Shown: positions 9,201 through 19,832 of the stretch, one piece after another | Numbering within the stretch: position 1 is the stretch's first letter | Layout of the letters: the number at the start of each line of letters is the position of its first letter | IMG/VR virus record: IMGVR_UViG_3300038424_000251 | Coordinates: 62,001 to 126,000 of that record | DNA: 64,000 nucleotides | Strand: one strand, 5' to 3' | Made by a program: the position numbers and the translations under genes | Notes under the pieces: generated by a model | Told to the model about the DNA's origin: nothing | Seen by the model: the letters and a program-made list of their open reading frames with translations, nothing else | The model's database searches: none

Positions 9201-9837
9201 AACTTTTATTTTTAAATATCAAATCTTCCTGTAATAGTTCACCATTCAAATAATGAGAATAAGGACTATCAACTACTATAAAATTTATATATTTCAAATA
9301 ATTTACAACCTCATCTTTTAATGGAGCGCCTTCGTTACAACTTTTTAAGGAAACTTCCAACAATAGATATTTTGATTTTTTTATGGTGTTTATTCCACCT
9401 TTTATGATATCTAATTCAGAACCTTGAGTATCTATTTTTATCAAATCGTATGTATCAGTTACAAGATTATCTAATATATTCATTGGAAGATATATAATTT
9501 CACAATTTTTATCATTAAAAAATTCTGATATTTCTCTATAAATTGAATTTCCTGTTGAACCTCTTTCTGTTTTATTGATATAGAATTTAACACTTGATTT
9601 CTCTTTATCTCCTAATAATGCTATTATGTAATGAATGCCCATACTCTTTAAAGCGTTTTCAAAAAAAGGATTAGCTTCAATCATTGTAAAACTAGCAGCC
9701 GGCCATACAGTTTTACATAAATTTGTAAACCATCCATTACTAGCACCAATATCCAAAATAGTATTTGGTGTAAAATTGAATTTATTTTTTATACCGTGTA
9801 AAGCACTTAAATCCATATTATACTTTTGTTTTATCAA
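9175..9837 (-). CDS. FkbM-family SAM methyltransferase
   Basis: LDIGASNG, EANP, LIKIDTQGSELDIIKG. Confidence 0.9.
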   Translation of the reverse strand: MIKQKYNMDLSALHGIKNKFNFTPNTILDIGASNGWFTNLCKTVWPAASFTMIEANPFFENALKSMGIHYIIALLGDKEKSSVKFYINKTERGSTGNSIYREISEFFNDKNCEIIYLPMNILDNLVTDTYDLIKIDTQGSELDIIKGGINTIKKSKYLLLEVSLKSCNEGAPLKDEVVNYLKYINFIVVDSPYSHYLNGELLQEDLIFKNKSYDNILQIK

Positions 9838-10765
9838 TCACATATTTTACTATATGTTCTGTTGTTAAATTATTTGTTAAATATGTATGTAGTTTATCAT
9901 TGATTTCGTGATATTTGTCATAATCAATTTCTATATCATTGAAAGTATTCAAGTCAAAATTTGTTATAGCATTTTTATCATTATATATGAATTTATTTTC
10001 TAATACAGTTTTATCAAATCCTTTGAATATATTAAAAACTTCTTCCAATGTTTTCTTAGGAAGCTTTTGTAAACTTTGTTTTGGACAATGTTTTATGTCT
10101 ATAAACAGTGGAATACATTTATTCATTATTATTTCATAATGACGAAGAGAATCCCAAGATGCTTTCTTCCAAGTATATCCAAACATAGATTGTTGGTAAT
10201 CTTCATAATAAGATTTTTCATCATTAAATACTAATGTTTCTATTATTCCCGGAATATTAGTTCCTATTAATTTATTTTTCTGTAATTCTCCTATATATAT
10301 TTTTTCTTTTGGTATTGAAAAATTTATAGGAATGACATCTTTTGTCTCATTTTCTATAAATGTTTTAAAATACAAACCTTTATTTAGTAGAGAATAATTC
10401 ACATCTGATGTATCACTACCATCTATAAAAACTATTTTATTTTTATCATAACAAGAAAATACTAAATCAATCAAATCCAAATTTCTATAAATTGCTCCAT
10501 AAATAACCAAGTCAAAATATTTATTTTTTATTTTATTTTCTATGTCTGTCCTATCTATGTTGTCGGATTTTTTCACAGTTCCACATAAAGTAAAACCTCT
10601 TCCATGAAAAGTATTAATTAGTGAAGATTTATTTATGTCATCATACATATACCATTGCGGATATAAGTCTATTATATCATCACCAAATAGAGATTTCAAT
10701 CCATGAAACAGAGAATCTGCCATGAAATCACTCATATGAAATTTAAAGATGTATAATATTTTCAT
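9818..10765 (-). CDS. putative glycosyltransferase (GT-B/exostosin-like)
   Basis: YYEDYQQSMFG…KKASWDSLRHYEIIMNKCIP; cluster context. Confidence 0.55.
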   Translation of the reverse strand: MKILYIFKFHMSDFMADSLFHGLKSLFGDDIIDLYPQWYMYDDINKSSLINTFHGRGFTLCGTVKKSDNIDRTDIENKIKNKYFDLVIYGAIYRNLDLIDLVFSCYDKNKIVFIDGSDTSDVNYSLLNKGLYFKTFIENETKDVIPINFSIPKEKIYIGELQKNKLIGTNIPGIIETLVFNDEKSYYEDYQQSMFGYTWKKASWDSLRHYEIIMNKCIPLFIDIKHCPKQSLQKLPKKTLEEVFNIFKGFDKTVLENKFIYNDKNAITNFDLNTFNDIEIDYDKYHEINDKLHTYLTNNLTTEHIVKYVIDKTKV

Positions 10766-10791
10766 TATAATTTACATTATATAGCATATTT

Positions 10792-11529
10792 TTATTTCCT
10801 GTATAGTTTAAATTCTGTTATACTTTGCCATTCTGTTAAGTCACCGTAATATTTTTTGAACATATCTGTTGGCACATGTTTATAACTTGAGTCGTTAAAT
10901 GGGATAGTGTATGTATAGTTTCCCCACTTTTTTGTAACATATTCAGCATTGTATGTTCTGGTTTCTGATGGAATCGGTGAGTTAAGATAAGTGGATGAAT
11001 TTCCGTTAAAGTAATGGGGTATGTTTAAACTGATTACTTTTACATCATTTAATTTACAACGGTATTTATAATCATTATCCTCACATCCAGCAAATAAAAA
11101 ATTTTCATCAAATCTTCCTACGGTGTTCCATGTATCTTTGTGTATTCCATATAAAGAGAATTCAAAAGAATTATCATAGGTTCCACATAATACTTTAGGA
11201 GATGTTTGTATGGTTATTTCATTTAAAATTTCTTCTGAAAATCTAGCATCTTCTTCTCCTATTATTATCTTATCTAACTTCATTGTATTAAATGCTATAT
11301 CACAGATTAAATTCCAACCAGCAGAACAGCAAATTTTCTTTGTGGTAAGATAGATGACATTATTTTTAATGTAATCAGGTATTTTTTGTTGGCCATTATC
11401 TATGAAGTACATTTTTGTATTTGGATTATCTTCATGTTTATACCATTCACAAAAATAGTCCACGGCATTATATCCTAATATGAATAAATTATTTTTTATA
11501 TTAAATTCTCTCATAACATGCCCAAGCAA
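10792..11529 (-). CDS. GT2-like glycosyltransferase
   Basis: FIDNG, SAGWN, EED, VGRFDENF..AGCEDNDY. Confidence 0.75.
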   Translation of the reverse strand: MLGHVMREFNIKNNLFILGYNAVDYFCEWYKHEDNPNTKMYFIDNGQQKIPDYIKNNVIYLTTKKICCSAGWNLICDIAFNTMKLDKIIIGEEDARFSEEILNEITIQTSPKVLCGTYDNSFEFSLYGIHKDTWNTVGRFDENFLFAGCEDNDYKYRCKLNDVKVISLNIPHYFNGNSSTYLNSPIPSETRTYNAEYVTKKWGNYTYTIPFNDSSYKHVPTDMFKKYYGDLTEWQSITEFKLYRK

Positions 11530-12133
11530 CTTGCTTAAAATCTGTTTTTGTATATTCTTTCAGATTATTTTTGGTTATAATATCTTTTATATTCTCATAT
11601 CTTATTTCTATCCAACCCCAACCTGAATATGGACCATAATCATGAGCCATTATAACATCTTGTGACTTTAGGAAATCTGCAAAATGATTAAATTCTTTTG
11701 GTTTGTCGCCACCGTCACACAATAAGCATACTTTTTTATTTGATGCTAGTATATCTTTTATGTATTTAATCGATGCTTCGGAAAAACAATCGTCATAAAT
11801 GCCTTTTATATTATTTTTATCAAAATATTCACGCAATCTATCTGAATATTCTTTACTCATATCTGTCATTTTTGTGGTATCATATAAATGGATATCAAAT
11901 GTATGAATATTATACGAAAGATTATGCTTTCTCTTTATTTCATTTAATATTATCGTAAGACCGCCTTTATTGGTTCCAATTTCTATTACTTCATCAAATT
12001 TCTTATCTATCATCAATTTCTCAAAATAATCAATTACAATAAACATTTGAGAAGCAATCCATTCTTCTTTGGAGTTTTTGATTGTAAAACCAAATCCTCC
12101 TCCAGTTCCCCATTTACTAATAATTTCTTCCAT
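11501..12133 (-). CDS. class I SAM-dependent methyltransferase (CmcI/Methyltransf_24-like)
   Basis: VIEIGTNKGG, TFDI, CDGG, AHDY. Confidence 0.75.
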   Translation of the reverse strand: MEEIISKWGTGGGFGFTIKNSKEEWIASQMFIVIDYFEKLMIDKKFDEVIEIGTNKGGLTIILNEIKRKHNLSYNIHTFDIHLYDTTKMTDMSKEYSDRLREYFDKNNIKGIYDDCFSEASIKYIKDILASNKKVCLLCDGGDKPKEFNHFADFLKSQDVIMAHDYGPYSGWGWIEIRYENIKDIITKNNLKEYTKTDFKQVAWACYERI

Positions 12134-12143
12134 AAAATATATT

Positions 12144-13037
12144 TTATTTCATTATTTTTTTAATTTCATCAATAACTTCATCGTCTGTTAAATACGGGTC
12201 CAATACTATATGCCTTTTATCTTTAAAATAATAAATAGGTCCAAGTTTCGGTTCTTTTATTTTTTTTATCACTCCATTCCATCCGTATAGTTGAAGGACA
12301 AAATCGCCCGTTGTAATAGTTCTGCATCCAACGCCACAAGCCATATTACACAGACCGCCTTCTGCTCCAAGGAAAACATCACAATGCTTCATCAAAGAGC
12401 ACTCAAATAAAAGAGATTTCTGATTGCCATCTGTAATGGAAATAGTAGATACTTGTGGTGTTTTTGGGGGAAACCCTATTTCAACAAAATTGAATGTGTC
12501 AGATAAACAAGATAAAATATAGTTTGTATTTCTGTGTTTTCCACCATAACCGAAATCAGGAACATCAATTCCTAATTCATATTCTTTTTTTGTGAATAGA
12601 AAACTTCTTTCAGACCAATTGGCAGCATGTGCTACCACTTTTTTACCATTCTTTCTTAGTTCATCTATAATGTTTTTTGCTACTTCATCATAGGATGAGT
12701 CTGTATAGACAGTAAATTCTGTATCTGGATTTTTTACACTAGCCCATTTTTGGCACTCTAATGGTGGTGGTTCTAAGAAAGAAAACGGTTTCATGTTTAT
12801 TACTTCATCATAATTTTCTAATATGTCTTCGGGAACAGTTGGATATGGCGTTGGAAAAGGAAGTAATCTTACTTTGTCTATGTATGGATTATTAGATAAG
12901 AGTCTGTAAATTTGAGGGAAGGCTATCACATACTCTATTTCATCAAATTTCTTTTCTTCTTTTAATTTTTTAGCAATTGAACTCTGGAAAAAGATATCTC
13001 CAAAATATCCAAAAGTTATTATCAAACATTTATGCAT
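12144..13037 (-). CDS. GT9 (heptosyltransferase-like) glycosyltransferase
   Basis: FGDIF, LSNNPYIDKV, CDVFLGAEGGLCNMACGVG. Confidence 0.75.
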   Translation of the reverse strand: MHKCLIITFGYFGDIFFQSSIAKKLKEEKKFDEIEYVIAFPQIYRLLSNNPYIDKVRLLPFPTPYPTVPEDILENYDEVINMKPFSFLEPPPLECQKWASVKNPDTEFTVYTDSSYDEVAKNIIDELRKNGKKVVAHAANWSERSFLFTKKEYELGIDVPDFGYGGKHRNTNYILSCLSDTFNFVEIGFPPKTPQVSTISITDGNQKSLLFECSLMKHCDVFLGAEGGLCNMACGVGCRTITTGDFVLQLYGWNGVIKKIKEPKLGPIYYFKDKRHIVLDPYLTDDEVIDEIKKIMK

Positions 13038-13395
13038 ATGACTTTTCTTCTATTAGATTAGAATTGGTTTTTTCGTTGATTACTCTTTTTATCCATGATC
13101 TTGCATCATTATTGATATAAATTGTTCTAGCTATTTCAATAAATTCTTTATCAAATAATTGTTGGTCTTCCTTATATCGTATTTTATCTTCGGCATCCCA
13201 TAATATTTTGTTTACTGTTTTTAACGAAACTAAGAAAGAATTAATAGTAGGGTCTTCTAAATTAAAAATGGATTTTAATTGTTCTAGTTCTTTCAATACA
13301 TTTTTTCGTTTTTCTTCGTCGGTTATATTCTCTAATTTAATCATTAAAATAGATATTTTGTCAAGTATTTCTCCATTTGATACTTCAATCTTCAT
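13030..13395 (-). CDS. DUF6165-family protein
   Basis: EVSNGEILDKISIL.IK…LWDAEDKIR…IYINNDAR..IKR.IN…EEKSY. Confidence 0.8.
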   Translation of the reverse strand: MKIEVSNGEILDKISILMIKLENITDEEKRKNVLKELEQLKSIFNLEDPTINSFLVSLKTVNKILWDAEDKIRYKEDQQLFDKEFIEIARTIYINNDARSWIKRVINEKTNSNLIEEKSYA

Positions 13396-13399
13396 AAAA

Positions 13400-14119
13400 T
13401 TAAAATTTTATATTTATATTGTTTATTTTTAACCACTTAACGTTTTCCAAATCTGATTCAAATTTAGAAACATTACAAGAAGAATCATTAATGCCTTTCT
13501 TCCGTGAATATTCTCTATTTGCAAGAATAGCTCTATTTCGTAATTCATCGGGGTCATTTTGTGGTGGTTCGCTATTTGGATGATATAGAGAGTAAAACAA
13601 ACCTTCCTTGTTTCTATGCCATGCGTAACCATTTTCTATCAGTCTGTCTCTTGTATCCATATCGGAACATCCCCAACCAATAAAACATGGATTTAATCCA
13701 TTCATCTTATAGAATACTTTTCTACTAAATATGAATACCCCACCATAATGTTGACTAGCATCGTATTTAAAATGTTTATATCCACCGGGTATTTTAGATT
13801 CATCTAGTTCTTCACCATTTTCATTTAAAAAAATTACCTGCCTCACGGGTGACATGGGCGTATCTTCGTTTGGTAAATCATAACTTACATTATCAGAAGG
13901 AACATAATCTACATCGTGGAATATTAATGTATCACCAGTGGCAAAAGAGGCACCTGTATTATATAACGCATGCTTCTTGAATATTTCTTTGTCATCTTGT
14001 TCACATATGATTATTTCATAATTTTTATCTTTAAACTTAGTCTGAAATACAGGTAGAATAGTTTGTAAATGTGATTCCCTGTCCCTATATGAAATTATTA
14101 TTGAATATTTGTTATTCAT
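13400..14119 (-). CDS. GT7-like galactosyltransferase
   Basis: SYRDRESHL, EQDD, FHDVD, GGV, MNG…GWG..D. Confidence 0.8.
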   Translation of the reverse strand: MNNKYSIIISYRDRESHLQTILPVFQTKFKDKNYEIIICEQDDKEIFKKHALYNTGASFATGDTLIFHDVDYVPSDNVSYDLPNEDTPMSPVRQVIFLNENGEELDESKIPGGYKHFKYDASQHYGGVFIFSRKVFYKMNGLNPCFIGWGCSDMDTRDRLIENGYAWHRNKEGLFYSLYHPNSEPPQNDPDELRNRAILANREYSRKKGINDSSCNVSKFESDLENVKWLKINNINIKF

Positions 14120-14969
14120 ACTTCTTGTTTATCATTTTATTCAATTCTTCCACTCTATCATATTGGTGAATAATACAATATGGTTCATTATTATTTCGAC
14201 AATAAATTATACCATCTTTGATTTCAGATATGTTGGACAACTGATTGATTTTTGTTCCTATTTGTAACGCCCAAGAGTCTTTAAAATTAACGACTTGGCA
14301 ATTATCTTTCAAAATACCTCTTGTTAAAATATTAAAAGATGGCTGATCACAATGACCAACCCCAACCGACATCAAATACATTATTAAGCAAAAATCAGGC
14401 ATTAATTTGGCATCACAAGCAAAAGTTCCTACATTACATGCTTCTTCATATTTGAGAAAATATTCATAAAGATATATCCCAAAATTTTTAATTAGGTTAT
14501 CTTTATTCCACGGTTCTGATTCATAAGTTATTCCTTCGGATGGAACCAATATAGGTTTATTACAATTTTTAGTTAACCAATCGCTGGGATTAATTTGAAA
14601 TATTATATCTCTACTATCGGTGTTTATGACATATCTATACAAAATTTGGCACTCTTTCAAATATTGCCATATATGGAACAAACGAACGTTGTGTATCAAC
14701 AAATGTGAATTTTGAGGCGTCACCAAACCACTATGCCATATGAAGTTTGTACCAATTTCATTACCTCTCATATCAGATGTAGGTATTAAGATATTTTTTA
14801 CATTCAATTCCTGTAGTTTCTGAATATATTCGTGATTATTGTTTTCAAAATTGTATGCAAGAATAAGAATATCTCCTGAATAGCTTGTATCTATTAAAGA
14901 GCGAATCCAATTTCGAATTTCACTCCATTGATAATTTTGGCTTATTGTAGTTATTACCAAATCCTTCAT
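14112..14969 (-). CDS. putative GT-A glycosyltransferase
   Basis: TDSRDIIFQINP, NVGT, DQPSFN, IIHQYDR. Confidence 0.65.
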   Translation of the reverse strand: MKDLVITTISQNYQWSEIRNWIRSLIDTSYSGDILILAYNFENNNHEYIQKLQELNVKNILIPTSDMRGNEIGTNFIWHSGLVTPQNSHLLIHNVRLFHIWQYLKECQILYRYVINTDSRDIIFQINPSDWLTKNCNKPILVPSEGITYESEPWNKDNLIKNFGIYLYEYFLKYEEACNVGTFACDAKLMPDFCLIMYLMSVGVGHCDQPSFNILTRGILKDNCQVVNFKDSWALQIGTKINQLSNISEIKDGIIYCRNNNEPYCIIHQYDRVEELNKMINKKYE

Positions 14970-16705
14970 AAACCTAACGATTTTATTATATTGTTTGTAA
15001 TATTTGGATATGATAGATTTTTAATATACCACTCTCTAGCATTTTTAGCAATATAATCTAAAAATTCATTATCCTTGATAACTTTCTTATATTTTTCACA
15101 AATATCTGATGCAAGTTTTTCTGGATTTTTATATCTAAATTTTTCATCAAGTTCTGCATCGACAGAAATATAATGGTAATCAGGTATCAATGGGTCAAAG
15201 TTTTTTGTTATATATTTTGGCCGTATTGTAGGGATACCAATTCCATATAGTTCAATATCTCTGAGGCAATGGTCCCCGCATGTATAACCACCACCAACTC
15301 CCGAACAAAGTATTAATTTGAAACCCAAACATTCATTAATATAACTGTCAAATGGCGTAGGAAAATTTCCAAAATGAAATTCGTGTTTTAATATTTGTGA
15401 TATGATTTTTATATATTCTCTACATTTATATTCTACTTGAGAAGGATTTTCATATATTGACCCTCGCCAACACAAATTATTATTCAAATCGGTTGATTTT
15501 CTATATTGTTGTATTGCTTCATAATTTGTTATTCCAAATTGCCAGAAAGTTTCAGGATACGGACCCGGATTTATATTTTTTCTTAGATTACTATCTTTTA
15601 TTGTTTCATCCCATAATGTTTCATTATATTGTCCTATTGAAGCTCCTATAAAATTTTTTGATTTAGAAAGTTTAACAGATAATGTTGGAGCATCCCCAAA
15701 ATCATAGGTTTTGAAATGCTTTGTATCATTAAATTCAATAATAGATATTGACCCTTGATTTATTAAAACTTCACAGTCATTTTTATAAGTAAACTTATCG
15801 ATTCCGTCCAAATTTTGCCAGTTTACTTTATACCCCTTTTCTTCCAGATGTTCTATAAACTTTCTAGTAGAATATTGGTCAAATCTTTCATCTATTATGC
15901 TTCTATGAAAGGTATATAAGTTTATAATATTAGTTTTTTGATTGTATCTCCTTAATACCTTTTTCCATGTATCTGTTGCTTTTTTTGTTGGGTTATAAAC
16001 AGCCCAAGGCCTACTAAAACCGCAATGTTTACAAAATACAGAGAATGATTCAATCATTTTTTCAAGAGTTACATCCTTCAATTCAGTAGCAACTGGAGGG
16101 AAATTAAATACACGAGATGCAGCTGCAGCATTTGTACACACAAAAAATCCCTCAGAGTTTAAAGCTTGTCCACAATCAACAGGACTATTACATCCGAGGG
16201 TATATGGTTCATCCATATCTTCTGGGCTATAAAGATGTGGTAAATGTTTAATACTCTTTGCTATATATGGTGTCTTATTCACTGTAAAAATTTCGAAGTT
16301 AAATTCTTTAACAATTTCTATTCCTTTTTTTACTTCATCGCCATATCCGCCTGTACACAAAATTAATTTTACATTAGGATTTGATTCTGCTTTATAGTCT
16401 GACAGTATTTTGCATATTTCTCTTAATCGAGGATGTAAAGCAGATTCTCCACCGTGAAGAACCAACCATTCCCATTTCCAATTTAATTTTTTGGAATCAT
16501 CCACTAATTTTTGTATTTGTTCCACGGTCATTTCTTTGTTGGTTGGAGCTTGCCACGTTAAACTTATACAATTTGGACATTTTAGTGTACACCTATAGGT
16601 AAGATGAATTTCTAAACGATTTAGTGTTGGAACACAATTTAATCTAGCAGTTGGTCCCATATAGAAATTGTTTGGTTTCGTTGGGTCATTTGGAATAGCT
16701 GGCAT
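14966..16705 (-). CDS. radical SAM domain fused to a C-terminal glycosyltransferase-like domain
   Basis: CTLKCPNC, GGES, extra Cys cluster (C…C…C…CKHC); C-terminal WRGS…LRDIELYGIG…PLIPDYHY…IAKNAREWY. Confidence 0.7.
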   Translation of the reverse strand: MPAIPNDPTKPNNFYMGPTARLNCVPTLNRLEIHLTYRCTLKCPNCISLTWQAPTNKEMTVEQIQKLVDDSKKLNWKWEWLVLHGGESALHPRLREICKILSDYKAESNPNVKLILCTGGYGDEVKKGIEIVKEFNFEIFTVNKTPYIAKSIKHLPHLYSPEDMDEPYTLGCNSPVDCGQALNSEGFFVCTNAAAASRVFNFPPVATELKDVTLEKMIESFSVFCKHCGFSRPWAVYNPTKKATDTWKKVLRRYNQKTNIINLYTFHRSIIDERFDQYSTRKFIEHLEEKGYKVNWQNLDGIDKFTYKNDCEVLINQGSISIIEFNDTKHFKTYDFGDAPTLSVKLSKSKNFIGASIGQYNETLWDETIKDSNLRKNINPGPYPETFWQFGITNYEAIQQYRKSTDLNNNLCWRGSIYENPSQVEYKCREYIKIISQILKHEFHFGNFPTPFDSYINECLGFKLILCSGVGGGYTCGDHCLRDIELYGIGIPTIRPKYITKNFDPLIPDYHYISVDAELDEKFRYKNPEKLASDICEKYKKVIKDNEFLDYIAKNAREWYIKNLSYPNITNNIIKSLGL

Positions 16706-16725
16706 ATATTTTTTATGTTAAATTT

Positions 16726-17715
16726 TTATGTTAAAAAGATTTCTTTGTATTTATTAATGACATTTTTTTCATTAAATCTATTTGAATACATATCCCAATT
16801 ATTGTTTTCAATAAAGGATTTATTTATACTATATAGTGTATCCATTAGTTCTTGCTCATCTTTATATAAAATTGCTTTCTCTCCTAATATTTCTATATGA
16901 TTTTTATCATATGTTGGGTCGCCCTCTCCTGTCCAAGTAATGACAGGTTTATTAGCAGCAGAAAATTCTCCACATGCAAGTCCAAATGTTTCTCCACCAA
17001 TTCTTCCATGTAACATAACATCACATGAATGAATAAAATTAAATATTTTTTCCTCTGTTCCTTCCCACGGTAAATAAATTATTCTTTCGTGTTCATAAAA
17101 TTTATTTGTAGCTAAAAATATAAAATATATGTCCTTACGAAAATTAAGTATTTGTTTAACACAATTTTGAACAAATGGTACATTAAAACTATCATATCCT
17201 CCATGACGACCAACAATAAGAGAATCGTCTGATATATTAAGTTCCTTTCTCAAATTTTTTGTTGGATTATAATTTTTAACAATATGAGGAACATATAGTG
17301 TTTGCCCAAATTTTCTAGCAAGATATTCTGACACACCAGCATATACAGTACCATGTGGTTCATGCATAAGAAAAACACAATGAACTCCTGATTTGCAATT
17401 GAAAGGAACTATATTGTCATATTGCCCGGATTTTATTAGATGAATAAAATCTATGTTATTTTCTTCTATAATTTTTTCTATTAGATAATTGGTTTCTATT
17501 TGACCTTGTTGAGATTGATTGTGTATTGGTGGTCTGTCATAAACAATAACTTCAAATTGAGATTTGAGTTTGTCTAGCCCCTCATTTTTGTTTTGAAGTG
17601 ATGTGACAAAAATAATATCATGTTTTAGAAGGTTTCTTAATCCTATACCATAATCGTATGAAAGTCTTGTAGAACCTCTACCATCAAATTGATTACAATG
17701 TATTACTATTTTCAT
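16726..17715 (-). CDS. GT4-like glycosyltransferase
   Basis: VGRHGG, FIHSCDVMLHGRIGGETFGLACGEF…KPVIT. Confidence 0.8.
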   Translation of the reverse strand: MKIVIHCNQFDGRGSTRLSYDYGIGLRNLLKHDIIFVTSLQNKNEGLDKLKSQFEVIVYDRPPIHNQSQQGQIETNYLIEKIIEENNIDFIHLIKSGQYDNIVPFNCKSGVHCVFLMHEPHGTVYAGVSEYLARKFGQTLYVPHIVKNYNPTKNLRKELNISDDSLIVGRHGGYDSFNVPFVQNCVKQILNFRKDIYFIFLATNKFYEHERIIYLPWEGTEEKIFNFIHSCDVMLHGRIGGETFGLACGEFSAANKPVITWTGEGDPTYDKNHIEILGEKAILYKDEQELMDTLYSINKSFIENNNWDMYSNRFNEKNVINKYKEIFLT

Positions 17716-17718
17716 ACT

Positions 17719-19149
17719 TTACCTCAAAACTGAACCTATTACATTATTAAATTTAACTCTAGTGTTGGTTATATTAACATTATTTGTAATATCTAATTTA
17801 AATTTTACTTCCTGCTCAACAATATCCCTACATTTTACTATTTCTTCTGAATTTATAAAATCTGTAAATACATAAGACTTATAATTTCTCGGTATTCCTT
17901 TATAAAATTGTGAAGTTTTTGAATAATCTATATTTATAGAATACAATTTATCTTTTGTTTTCATTGCTTCATATTCCCATACATCATCATATTTGTGCGT
18001 TGATAAATCATAATAATGACTTCCGGGATATGGAGTTATTATAGACAAGTCCATATCTTCTACTTTATTGGTTATTAACCAATCTTTAATATCTAATATT
18101 GATTTTTTTGTTTCACCGGGATGACCACAAGACATCAATGCTTTTATTTTGATATTGTATTTTTTGCATAGACGCACAACATTCTCATTATCTTCTTTAT
18201 TTGATTTTTTGTTTATATTTACCAAAATTCTATCATTGGCAGATTCAAATCCACATAATAACCATCTGAATCCACAAATTTCCATTAAAGAAGCTTGTTC
18301 CTCATTAAAAAGTTCAGATTTTATAAATCCTCTAAAAGTAAATTTTATATTTAATGTATTTTGAAATTCTATAAGTTTTTTTAACAGTAATGGTAGATTC
18401 TTATTGACATTTAATTCATCATCATAAAACATAAATGATTTATAACCATACGTCTTGTATAAGAATTCTACCTCTTTAACTACAGAATCTACTGACCTAT
18501 TTCTGATTTTTCTTAGGTTATTGCTAAATCTTCCACAACAAAAAGCACAATTAAACGGACATCCTAGTTGAGATATTATGCTAGTACAAGGTTCTTCATC
18601 TATAAAAAAATGATATGATTTTAAATCAACCAAATTCCTATTTGAAAATGGTAATTTATCTAATTGAACATTAGTTAAAAACAATCGTTTATCTGTATTA
18701 GCGTCTATAATTTTGTTATCAAACAACTTATTATTTAAATAATTAAGTATTGATAATTCTCCATCTCCAATAAAAATCGTATCAAAATTATTTAACATAT
18801 GATTCTTATTAGTTTCTATTCGTTGATTTTGATTCTGTGGTGAAAAACACGATGTAGCATGTGGACCACCCAATATTTTTTTAACTTCTTGAGGAATATG
18901 TTTAATTAGTTCTATAACGTGTGGATATTGTGGAGTGCTGGATGTAAATCCGATTATATCAAACTTTTTATGATTTAATACAATAGAAAATGTTTCTTCA
19001 TAATTTTCTATTCCTGACAAATCTAAAACATTAATAGGATATTCTGTATAAGTTTTTGTAACATTAGCTACACTAAGTATTCCAAGATGTGGCAGTGACT
19101 TTTCATCAATTAAGAATGGTGACGGTGGTATTACAAATAAGATGTTCAT
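17719..19149 (-). CDS. cobalamin-binding radical SAM protein (class B methyltransferase-like)
   Basis: PHLG, ILGGPHAT, GDGE, GCPFNCAFC, YDDE, GFESAN, PGET, PYPGS. Confidence 0.9.
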   Translation of the reverse strand: MNILFVIPPSPFLIDEKSLPHLGILSVANVTKTYTEYPINVLDLSGIENYEETFSIVLNHKKFDIIGFTSSTPQYPHVIELIKHIPQEVKKILGGPHATSCFSPQNQNQRIETNKNHMLNNFDTIFIGDGELSILNYLNNKLFDNKIIDANTDKRLFLTNVQLDKLPFSNRNLVDLKSYHFFIDEEPCTSIISQLGCPFNCAFCCGRFSNNLRKIRNRSVDSVVKEVEFLYKTYGYKSFMFYDDELNVNKNLPLLLKKLIEFQNTLNIKFTFRGFIKSELFNEEQASLMEICGFRWLLCGFESANDRILVNINKKSNKEDNENVVRLCKKYNIKIKALMSCGHPGETKKSILDIKDWLITNKVEDMDLSIITPYPGSHYYDLSTHKYDDVWEYEAMKTKDKLYSINIDYSKTSQFYKGIPRNYKSYVFTDFINSEEIVKCRDIVEQEVKFKLDITNNVNITNTRVKFNNVIGSVLR

Positions 19150-19160
19150 TATTGGATATC

Positions 19161-19832
19161 CTATATTACATTATGACCTTTATTATCTTCAACACTAAAC
19201 AGTTGATTATATCTTAGATTGGTTTGTATTTGTTTTTCTATTGTTTTGTCATGATAAAGAGCTAAATCTTCATCTGCTGGTAGAAAAGCATATTGGTCAT
19301 GGCCAACAATTTTCTCGTGTAATTTTCTATCCCATTTGATTTTTTCTGGAATTCTTTTGTAAATACGACTTTGAAAATCAGGCCAATTAACTATATATCT
19401 GTTTTCACAAAATGGAGAAAATGTTAATCTCCATCCCCATTGTTTAGCATGTTCAGTTGTAACGCCTCTAAAATCATTAATTCTTGGAACGTATATCAAT
19501 TCCACATTTAAATTAGTAGAAATGATGTCCCTCACGTTGAAAATTAATGTTTCAGATGGTAGTTCATCTCCGTCAATTTGGAAAACCCAATCACCAGAAC
19601 ATTTTTCATTTCCATAATTTTTATGTGACCCATAATCATTATTTAGTAAATGCTGAAATACGGTTATTTTTCCCTTAGCTTTGTTTATAATTTTTTTGGT
19701 TTCTTCATTATCTGAAAAATCATCCAATACAACAATTTCATCATCATCAAACTTATTATTTATTAATCGTTCCAAAAGTTTGATTAAAGTATCGGTTTCA
19801 TTATGAATAGTAACTAGGTAAGATATTTTCAT
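19161..19832 (-). CDS. glycosyltransferase family 2
   Basis: ISYLVTIHNE, VLDDFS, FQIDGDE, WPDFQSR, LHE. Confidence 0.85.
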   Translation of the reverse strand: MKISYLVTIHNETDTLIKLLERLINNKFDDDEIVVLDDFSDNEETKKIINKAKGKITVFQHLLNNDYGSHKNYGNEKCSGDWVFQIDGDELPSETLIFNVRDIISTNLNVELIYVPRINDFRGVTTEHAKQWGWRLTFSPFCENRYIVNWPDFQSRIYKRIPEKIKWDRKLHEKIVGHDQYAFLPADEDLALYHDKTIEKQIQTNLRYNQLFSVEDNKGHNVI

